The notes beneath the pieces were generated by a model. The model was not told where the DNA came from. It was given only the letters and a program-made list of their open reading frames with translations, and made no database searches. A stretch of DNA of 64,000 bases, taken from the NCBI RefSeq assembly GCF_964204645.1, contig NC_134025.1:19505101-19569100 (forward strand), written 5' to 3'. A program made the position numbers and the translations under genes. This stretch comes from Tubulanus polymorphus. Taxonomy: Eukaryota > Animalia > Nemertea. Below are positions 54,372 to 64,000 of the stretch, piece after piece. Numbering within the stretch: position 1 is the first letter of the stretch; every line of letters begins with the position of its first letter.

Positions 54372-55406
54372 CTGAAAAATGTAATAGCGAAAACAATGAT
54401 CTGAGGTGGCATGGAATCTTCTAAAATTTGGGTGGCAAAAAATTGGCTCTACTGAAAATCAAAGCCATATCAACAGAATGTATATAAATATTCATAATGA
54501 AACAATAAACTCATTGAGCACTTTTCAATCCCTTCATGGCAAACACTTGGTATGAAAACCTGTCTGTCGTATTTCAGGTGGGTAAATAGCTAAAATATTA
54601 TAAATCTAAATCTAAATATTGCTGCAAAGCTACGCAATAACAGGTTTTCTGTTTTAATTAAGTTACTTGGAAGCAGTAACTCCTTATTGAATTTTTTGTC
54701 TGAATTGTAATCCTTACTGAAGCCATACTACTAACCACGTAAAGGGAATCCCCAAGAGTACAATATCTTCAAGTGGCGCAGTTTGCGTAAATGTGATGGA
54801 GACCCTCTCCCAGTCAGTGTAAACCACGAACTGGGCAGTTCTGTTAATGAACTACTTTCGAATAAATCAGTCCTCGAGCACTGCAAAGATTACGATGGGG
54901 ATAACTCTTAATTGCCCAGTAAAACTAATAAAAACAACTAACTGACTGGTAGGTCGTTATGTTCCCTCAAAACTTTTCAAAACTTTATCAGAAATTGGAA
55001 AACCTATATCCAACATGCTATGATGGCCATAGCTAGAATCACGAACACAGGCAAATGACGCATTAGAGGCATTTTTCTACAGAGTATTGGCACTACATCC
55101 ATGGTAGTAGAGAAACTACAGGACATGTTGTTCGGTGAATGGCTAGATTTTTACAAGATACAATGCCTATATGGCCTCTGACCATAAAAACCAATGACCT
55201 TGAAACTCAAACACAATCAAGTCTTATCGATGGGGACATTTTGCAGTACAGAATCTTTATCGATGCCTTCACTTCCGCCGTCGACTCACACCTATCTAAC
55301 GTGCAGAAGTTTCAATACTTGCAAGGTTTGTTGTCTGGTGAAGCATCATAAACAATTCGCTGATTGACACTCAAATCGATGATTATGTTCATGCACGGGA
55401 ATTGTT

Positions 55407-56514
55407 AAACTAGGAGTCCAGGGACACCATGCCCACTTGGGAAGTGGTTTCAGATGCTCAACAATCAAACAATTTCAATATTCAACGCCCCATCCAATGA
55501 CCTTGAAAAATCCAATGACCTTGAAACTCACCACTATCATAGAAAATGTCAGCAGCTACAATTTTGTAATTGATTATGGTAACAAAATATGCCTAGTTAC
55601 CAATATGATATGGAAATACTAAGTTATTCCACTATTCAACGCCCCTTAGTGACCACATAGAATAACTAATGTCCTTGAAACTCACCACAATCATAGACCA
55701 TGTCATGAACTACAACTTTCCAATTGATTGTGGTAACAAAATATGCATAGGTACGAATATAATACAGAAATATCAAGTTATTGCATTCTTCAATGCCCCC
55801 TGGTGGCCATATGCAAAAACCAATGACCTTGATAGTCACCACGATCATAGACCATGTCATGAGCTACAACTTTCCAGTTGATTGTGGTAACAAAATATGC
55901 TTAAGTATCAAAATAATGTGGAAAAATTTTTTCTACCTACGAATGAGTACTGATGACACCAAGATGGGCGCCAATTGTGTCAAAATTGCCTGATCAAATA
56001 AACCTGTTTCGGGAATAAGAGATCCCTTTCCAAAGAATACCCCATCACAAAATGCAATGAAAAATTGCAAACAATTAGGAAGCTACAGGACTCAGAATTC
56101 AAGCCAAAATTGACATTTTTGGGCACAAAAAAGGTCACAGGACAGCCATCTTGACTCTCGGGGGATACAAATATGTATGAACGATCAAGGAAATAGATAA
56201 AAGCGTCTTCAAAATTTCCCTCGAAAACTTCGAAAATGTGTAAAAAGTGATGATTTTGGCACACAACAATGGCTGCAAGTCGGCCATCTTGATTCTGGCT
56301 GGGCCAGTTTTTGGGCTGAAGATGTGTCTAGGGTAGATACATGTGTAACCCAAATATCAAGACATTACATTAAAGCGTCTTCAAAACTTCCCAAAATAAC
56401 TGGATTCTGTCTACGGACAGATGGACGCTACGACGGACGGACGAACAGATGGACGACCGAACTAAAAGTGAACGCAATAGCGCGCTGGGACTAAAGTCCT
56501 AAGTGGGCTTAAAA
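55407..56514 (-). mobile_element. HINE family A, copy 4, inserted in Pao gag
   Basis: Splits the conserved gag ELL..RYG stretch at an A-run. Confidence 0.9.
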
Positions 56515-58109
56515 CCGATACGGGCATGACTTAAATAATCAATGCGTACATTTCAGCTTTGTTAGCTCTAGAAAAACCATTGTCTACGATCGCCAGCCTG
56601 CGACATTTCTACGATGAGATGGAATCACACATAAGAGGATTTTCGGTGCTGGGGAAAGCTGAGGGATCTTACGGTGACTTGTTGATACCCGTTATCTTAG
56701 AAAAGCTACCGAATACCATAGGGACTCAAATCCGGTTGCTCACGGCGACAAGCAATGGGAGTTGTCGCAATTACGCAGAGTAATTCTTGGGGAAATCAAA
56801 GCCATGCAGGCCGCTTCTTCCTCACCACTGTATCAACAAGATTTTGATCTTGCTGAAAATTCGTACAGTGCTGCATTTCACGTTGGCGGGAAACCGAGAC
56901 CTACAAGAAAGCCTCCTGCACTGACTCGTGGTGGACCCTCAGCGTGTGTTTTCTGTGGTGGGAAACATTTCCCTACAGATTGCGATGTAATTACTTCGGA
57001 GGACACGAGATTAGCATTAACTTAGAAAAACCAACTGTGTTTCAATTGTCTCATGCGTTATTTAACCAAGAAGTGGTTATCTTCAAAAACCTGCAAAGTA
57101 TGTCAAGCAAAACATCATACAGCACTCTGCGATAGAAAATCTTCCGACAAAGCAGAAAAAACATATGCTCGTCGTAACAACAATGATGCTGACAACTGCA
57201 AGCATTTGGATACTGAAAGGGTCACATTTACTCAGCTAAATGGTCAGGTGATGCTGAAAACAGCAGCTGCAGAAATAACGACTGGTGACGTTGATTTATA
57301 CAACCGAACATCCACATTCGTTTTGTTTGATGAAAGCCCGACCAAATCCTTCATAACACAACAGCTGAAAGATATATTAAACTTGAAAGTTGAAAGCCGT
57401 GAACTCATTAACCTGATTGTTTTTGGTGAGATTGAAGCAAAAGAGCGCAATTTAGAATGTGTAAAAATTAACATTATAGATAACTCCGGTAATCGGATAC
57501 CGATATCCGCCTTCGTTGTTCTTGAAATATCAACTTCCATGAAAAACTTAGTTACAAGGGACGCGTCGCGACTGAACTATTTCGCGGGAATCAAATTAGC
57601 GCATCCTCCGTCAACTATGGACTCGTTTGATATATCTGTTCTTGTAGTGATAGAATCCTGCGCGGTGATGGTCCTACTGCAGTTTCGAGCAAACTTTGGT
57701 TCTTGCTGTCTGGACCCACCCCGTTTGAGCCTATCAAGAAACACGTGCTTGCTACCTGTTAGCCGATACATCAAGCAATGATGATTCTCTGATGCATCTC
57801 TGGAACCTCGAATCCATAGAAATCATAACACCTCCTCAAAGCCAATCAACTGGATGACTCTGCGAAAAAGTACATTTCGAAATTACCGTGGAAGGCAGAG
57901 CACCCGACTCTTCCTACAAATTACGAAGTAGCGGCAGGAAGAACTCGTAACATGGTTCTTACACTACCCTCCGACGTAATAAAGGTGTATGATCGCATAA
58001 TGTCTGAACAATTAGATTGTGGATTTATCGAAATTGTAGAAGACGACGATACGAACTTAGGGCATTATTTACCCCACAGAGCTGTGAAGAAAGATTCGAT
58101 TACTACGCC

Positions 58110-58505
58110 TGTCGTAGTTTCCAAGAAACTACTCAGTTGTACTAGTTAGTTTAGTTTATTTTCAAATTGTCCTAGTTTAGTTTTTTTGTGCTGACATGGA
58201 TTTGCACAAGATGGTGTAATGTGTAGTACTAGCAAGTTGAATGTTGGAGATTACTTAACACAGTAGAACTAGCTCAACGATTTGTAAGTAAATGTTTAAA
58301 TTGTTTCTTTAAGAATGATATTCCAGGTCTTATTTAGATAAGCATAGTTTTAGAGATTATTAGTTTGATAGATGTGTGATGTTTGTTTTTCTATATTTGT
58401 AGAAAACTGTGTCAGTTTGCGTCTGTTTTGCGTTTGTTAGCGTCTAAGTTTGATGGATCTGCATTGATTATGCAGTCTAAAAACAAAAATAAAAACGACT
58501 CCACA
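58110..58505 (+). mobile_element. Solo LTR (396 bp) inserted in Pao RT
   Basis: TGT...ACA ends, AATAAA near the 3' end, perfect 5-bp TSD ACGCC (58105-58109 / 58506-58510). Confidence 0.88.
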
Positions 58506-61370
58506 ACGCCGATTCGAATCGTTTACGATTGTTTGCGCAAGATAGGAGACATGCCAAGTCTCAACGGATCTTGATAGTGAATTTGTTATGTACAGATTCA
58601 CTTCAGTAGCCCCACTATACTTAACTCCGTTATCAGACATCATTTATCAAATGATGAGTCTTCCGTGACGCAAAATATGAAAGAAAGTATCTACGTCAAC
58701 AATCTGGTGGGTGGAACAAATTCTACTCAAGACGCTGTGAAGTACTACGAAAAAGCTAACTTTTTGATGGAAACCCCTGGTTTCAAGTTGTGCTTATGGG
58801 CAACGAATGATGCTACCGTAAATGCTAAGGCGGCCCAAGATAGATTAGCAATCGCCGGTCAAAACAATATGCCTATTTTAGGAATGCTTTGGAGCGTTTC
58901 CGATGACAATCTTAAATACAAAGCGTACAAACATGAAAATTCAACTTAAGAAGTAATGAAATGTCAAGTAATTAAAAGGGCATCTAGCGTGTATGACCCT
59001 TTAGGACATTTATTTACTAACGGCCAAATTTCTGATAAAACTTATACCGAGAAAGAGCCGATTCGCAACTCTGTTAATTCAAGAAACTCATGCGAAGGCG
59101 CTTAATTGTGGATTAAATGCGACTATCGGTTTATTGAGAGAGAATTATTGGCTCACTAGAATAAGAACAACTGTTAAATCAGTTCTCTGGCTTTGTTACA
59201 TGTGTGTTCATTTATGCGGTAAAGCTTACGCTAAAACTCTCAATGCTCCTCTACCGAGGTTCAGAGTCGATGATCAATCTCCGCCGTTCACCACCACCGG
59301 TGTTGATTTCACAGGGGAAATGTTCATTAAAATGATGATGGGAGTCGCTGGAAATGTTACGTTTGCTTATTCATGTGCGCTACGACACGAGCGGTGCATT
59401 TGGAATTGGTCGGTGATTTGCGCACTGAAACCTTCCTTTACCTGTTCAGAAAGTTTACCGCTCGTTGTTCGTTGTCGAGAAATGTACATAAGGTTTTCGA
59501 TAACGGGAAACATTCATGGCCACTGCTGCCGAACTTGAAGAACTCTTTAAATCACCAGAGTTTAAACGGTTTATGTCGGAAAGAGGTTTTCGTTGGTCAT
59601 TTATTAAGAGTGGTTTTGGGGAAAAAATGGTCAGGGCTACGAAACTAGCAATCAAGAAGGTGCTAGGGTGCGGATAGGTTACATTTGACCCACTAGCTAC
59701 CTTACTGTGCGAAATAGAGGCGTCTATTAATAACTGACCTCTAACCTACGTTTAGGCCTATAGTGATATTAAAGAGCTGTCACCGCTAACGCCGTCACAT
59801 CTTTTGTACGGCCAAATTATTTATACGATACCTCACCCGTTTGTTGTTTCAGATGAAACCAATGATCCGGATTATATTCAGACTTGTGATGAAATTCTAC
59901 TGCGAAATAATAAACTTGCGATTCTCTTCGATTGATTCTGGAAGCGTTGGAGTTCCGATTATCTGCTGGCTTTGAGAGAGCGATCGAGTAAGAGAAATCT
60001 CAACGGAACTGTCAAAATTAAAATTCGTGCCAGAGACGTAGTATCAGTACATTCCGATAATCGTAAACGGCTGCTCTGGGACAGGGCAGTTGTAACGAAA
60101 CTGCTTCCCAGTCCCGATGGTTTGGTTAGATGTGCGCAGATTCGAACAAAATATAGAATTACAAACAGGTCGATTACGAAGTTATATTCTTGAAATAATT
60201 GATAGTCTCGAAATAGGTGACCCGAAAGATACCGTAGATTCCGATCAGAATGAAACAAAATCGCAAGAACGTGAGAAATGCCTAACTCAAAAATCAGCAG
60301 ATCTTGTGAAAATTAACATCACGAAATGGAATCGGGACCTTTTACATGATAGTGAATAATCATTTGAACTATGCATATAATCATATATTCTCTTAAAGCT
60401 CTTCAAGCTCTGATATATAATCTTACAAGAAATGCGTGGTTTGTTTCACGGTTTTTTGATAAATTGGTTGTAATATGAATATGTAGTGTTTAGTTTCTTA
60501 CGATTGACACGTAATTATGTCGAGAAGTTCTGGGTCAAGCTCGCCTTAATCATGTTTACAAGTTGTCAGACTGTAGTTGATATATTTACCACTGCTTCAT
60601 TTTATAAGTGGGTCACAGTATCTACTTCATTACTACTATAGCCATCTATGAATTAGTATTCACGCTGTTTGCCTATATGTTTATCTAGAACAATTTTTTT
60701 GTGTTTAACTTACGCTGCCATTTGTTTTCCCGGTTTTCAAGTGTTTTAGGATTGTGCATTTTGACTTTTACTTTCTTTTACTTTTGTTGGCCGGGACTAT
60801 GTGGTAAACCACTCATACATATAGATTAGCCAATGATGTATTTACTAAACACGCATGCCCCGCCCTATTTACTAACAGCAGCAGGCTCACGTGGTTAGCG
60901 TGTGTTTGCTGAATAATTAGCAGTTACTATCTATCATTCACCAAATTCAGTCGTTTATCTCGTTTCTATATTATTGTTGAGGATCGTTTCAGGTGTGGAT
61001 CGCCACACTTACCCCTACCCTACCTACCACACCCATCAAGAAGCCGATTTAAATTAACTAATGAGTCCAAACAAAATCCCTTTTTCATTGAACTCACAAC
61101 CATCTAGTAGACACACGGAAACAGCTTAAGACCCAATATTCTTCAGCATAGAGAGTTTTGAGAGGTGCTTACCCTACTCGGGCCACACCCATCAAGAAGC
61201 TGATTTGATTTACTTTTGTGCCAAGCAAAATTTTAATGAACTCAAAACCATCCAAGTTCAATATTGAGACTCCGTGAGACCCACTTATATTAACCAGAAG
61301 CAAACAAAGAAGAACAAAGAAGAGGGATGCTTTCCCTTAATCAGCCCTTTTCCTAAAAGCTCAATTCTAG

Positions 61371-61600
61371 CTAGGGACCCAGGGACACCACGCCACTTGA
61401 AAAGTGGTTTGAAATCCTCAACAATCGATAAATTTCAATATCAAATTCAACCTGGTGAACATATTAAAAACCAATGACCTTGAAGCTCACCACAATCATA
61501 GAACTTGTCATTAGTTACTAAAAATATCCATTACAGGTACTAATATAAATAGACAAATGGTATATTATTCACTATTCTTCTCCCCCTGCTGGCAAGAACA
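61371..61600 (-). mobile_element. HINE family A, old 3' fragment
   Basis: ctagggacccagggacacca..ccacttgaaaagtggttt. Confidence 0.7.
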
Positions 61601-61839
61601 AAAAAATCCATGGGAAGAGATCAACCCTATGGCAGTGATAACAGTTATCAAATATCAAGCCTACAAGCAAAAAACTTTTTTATGTTGTAGACATGTAAGT
61701 CTAAAGGCTTTGATACAGGTAGTAGTGGAGGGGTCAAGCCAGCCATAATTTGTCGGATTGGATTAGAGGGACGAAAACGAGAGAAATCCCACGATAAACT
61801 CAGCCAAAACGAGAAACTTGAATAGAAGAGTATATATAT

Positions 61840-61885
61840 TTGCGCAACGTTTCGGCTAAAGACTATTAGCCATCATCAGGCATAC
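61840..61885 (-). ncRNA. Minimal type I hammerhead ribozyme motif (Penelope-like element type)
   Basis: Minus strand: augc-CUGAUGA-uggcuaa(uagucu)uuagcc-GAAA-CGUU-gcgca; intact core, stem II and palindromic AACGUU stem III. Confidence 0.7.
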
Positions 61886-62010
61886 TTAGGGACGAAAGTC
61901 TCAATTATGCCCTAAGGCACAAACTCTTTCTAATGCATCCAAAGAGAAAACTAAGACCAGCATTTGCGATGAAGACGATTGATAAAATGCTATATCCGTG
62001 TTGAAGCGAT

Positions 62011-62211
62011 GTAGAGAGAATCCCACAATAATAAGAAAAACAGTCCGAAAATGTTACTTTGAGCTCGTAGTTTATTCAACGTTTCAACTATATCCTTATA
62101 TCCATTATTCCTGAAGATGACTATTAGGATATAGTAAAAACGTTGAATAAACTACTAGCTCAAAGTAACATTTTCAAACTGTTTTCGTTATTATTGTGGG
62201 ATTCTCTCTAC
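62011..62211. mobile_element. Penelope-like inverted pseudo-LTR remnant with a degenerate hammerhead
   Basis: ~80-bp inverted arms; CTGAAGA-tgactat..atagt-aaaaacgttg-aataaa on +; truncated copy with intact gaaacgttg on -. Confidence 0.6.
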
Positions 62212-62243
62212 ATTGGCGATGAAGGTATCAACAACAAACTTAC

Positions 62244-62380
62244 CTATGATTAACATTATTTCTTCTTTTGCATTGAAGTTTCTCTTCAATGTGAACTGCC
62301 TGATGAGCAAGAAACTGACCATACTGAATGAATTCTGTCTGACAAAACGTGCACATAAATTTCACGCAGTCAGCTGGTAG
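62244..62380 (-). CDS. C2H2 zinc-finger protein exon
   Basis: tttttgcag|LPADCVKFMCTFCQTEFIQYGQFLAHQAVH...NH-AG|gtaag; phase 2 matches the 54371 acceptor. Confidence 0.88.
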
Positions 62381-62455
62381 CTGCAAAAATGAAACGTCAG
62401 TTATCATAGACCTCATTGAAAAGACAATAGCCACGCTCGAAATAGATTCACGTAC

Positions 62456-62638
62456 TACTTCATCAATTGGCTCAGCAGTATCATCCGCTACAGTGGAAGA
62501 TTCAGATATTCCAACAATTTTTCTAGGACGTCCTCTCTTCTTCCTTACAGGTTGAGCAGTTTCTGCCTCAGCAACAATTGTGTTAATTGTGTTTTTAACA
62601 TCAATGTTAGTTTCTATTCCATTGAATAGGTTGTCTTG
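62456..62638 (-). CDS. C2H2 zinc-finger protein exon with AT-hook (KKRGRPRK); 5' end of gene unresolved
   Basis: cattgcag|QDNLFNG...PIDEV|gtacgt. Confidence 0.75.
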
Positions 62639-62659
62639 CTGCAATGTAGACATAACTTT

Positions 62660-63790
62660 AAACTAGGGGTCCAGGGACACCATGCCCACTTGGTAGAATG
62701 CTTGACAATTTTAACAATTTCAATATTCAACACTCTTTTGTGAACAAATACATCAGTACAGCAATCTTTAGAGATGATCTCACCACAATGATAGACTTAT
62801 CATCAGCTATAGTTTTTCGATTGAAGTTACAAAAATATGCATAGGTACAAATTAATATAGAAATTCCATGTCATTCCACTATTCAACGCAGAAGCACCTT
62901 GTACTGTAGCATTGTGTGATAACATCATACCATTTAAAACACAGTCCCGTGTTTCAGACGTTACTGACATATGGGCCTATAATCGTGAATAAATTGGGTT
63001 CTAGTCCTGACAATGTCACTTTCCATTTTACTCACACAATTGATTTCCGTACGTGAAGGATTTCAGGTCTGATTGAAGGCTGCATCAAGCATGGCTTGAA
63101 TTTTGTTTGAATTTTAAACATATATTACAGCAACAATTATACTAGAGCTAAGCTAGCAATACCCTATGCTGATGAAAGTTAAGTAGGCCTATTTGACAAA
63201 ATAAATAGGGATCAATAACTTTTGAAGAAGATGGCGAAGGCTATGCTTCACCCTGCCAAACAAGAACAAGGTCTTACTTAACCCAAAATAGCCAATGGTC
63301 AGCCATTTTGAATACAACTGTGATGCACATCAATAAGGCTTGTTATCTTCATCCAATATTGCTACCAATACATAAGGAAATAGGCCTACTATTCAACACC
63401 CCCTTGTTTACAAATACATTAACCAATGATCACAATCATCAACAAGGCAATTTGATACTACTGTGGTATCAAATTGCCTTGATGATGTGAGTCCCAAGTG
63501 GGCTAAAAATGGGTAGGGCTATTACCAATTCTATGTGGAGAGTGTCTATGTCCATTGTTCCACACTTACATGAATGACAATGCAAACAACAATAGAAGCT
63601 AGTTATTGAATCGAATCGAATCAGGCAAGTATTTGGGCTATAGATTTGTCTAGGGTAGTACGTAACTCCAAATATAAGGACAATCCATTGAAGCGTCTTC
63701 AAAACGTCCCAAAATAACTGGATTTTGTCTACAGATTGATGATGGATGAAAGTCACTAATTCGGCATTGAACTTTTTCAAAGAAGCAAAT
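62660..63790 (-). mobile_element. HINE family A, fragmented old copy or copies
   Basis: 3' end at 62660-62890, 5' terminus gtcccaagtgggctaaaaa near 63491-63510, body fragment 63620-63770. Confidence 0.6.
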
Positions 63791-64000
63791 TTTCTTTTGT
63801 TTATTATTTTGCCAATGAAGAATCACTTGTATGATAACAATAGGTTGTTCACTTAGGCTATGTGAAAGTCCATAAAACCACCTCAATCCTGTTCAACAGT
63901 TACGCGCTCAAATTTGACTCAGATTTAAAACATAACATTAACTCACAACTATGGAACTGGATTCTATGGAGCAAAATGTAGAATAGTCACCTCAATGTCA

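Larger units (their letters stand above)
55139..61000 (+). mobile_element. Decayed BEL/Pao LTR retrotransposon (gag-PR-RT-IN pseudogene), antisense in an intron
   Basis: Gag (FTSAVDSHLSNVQKFQYL), zinc knuckles CVFC..H..C and CKVC..HHTALC, RT HYLPHRAVKKDS..T.IRIVYD and YVNNL, IN PPFTTTGVDF, CATTRAVHLELV, PLTPSHLL, FWKRWSSDYL; PPT-like ggccggga then tgt near 60800; many stops and frameshifts; ends approximate. Confidence 0.92.

Noticed and set aside
62319-62342. CTGATGA-gcaa-GAAA hammerhead-like string (a similar one is near 52037)
   Set aside because: No stem II; lies antisense within a coding exon (the 52037 one is in a MITE TIR); chance match
63520-63560. MDIDTLHIEL|gtaat as the start exon of the zinc-finger gene
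   Set aside because: Phase fits, but it is embedded among HINE fragments and other candidates exist; cannot be supported without transcripts

Overview
AT-rich, intron-containing eukaryotic DNA from an invertebrate animal, probably a lophotrochozoan (inferred from the repeat families and genes). It holds three host genes: the last two exons of AMN1 (+), a synaptotagmin of the SYT9/10/6/3 group (-, 13.4-21.4 kb) and a multi-exon C2H2 zinc-finger/AT-hook gene (-, 38.0 kb to beyond 62.6 kb). The rest is mostly mobile DNA: several DINE-1-like Helentron (HINE) families, Tc1/pogo-, Harbinger-, hAT- and Kolobok-type MITEs, an internally deleted ISL2EU-like element, a decayed BEL/Pao retrotransposon with nested insertions, solo LTRs, an L2-type LINE tail, a SINE and Penelope-type hammerhead remnants. 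There is also a pure (CAG)~190 tract and 24-bp and 31-bp satellites. The most unusual object is a ~4.5-kb, very AT-rich element at 29987-34545. It has >1.3-kb inverted arms, each ending in a ~320-340-bp imperfect palindrome and carrying a zinc-finger ORF and a 24-bp array, around a core of two small virus-like ORFs. It shows no transposase and no clear target-site duplication (TSD). All coordinates were read by eye and may be off by a few bases.
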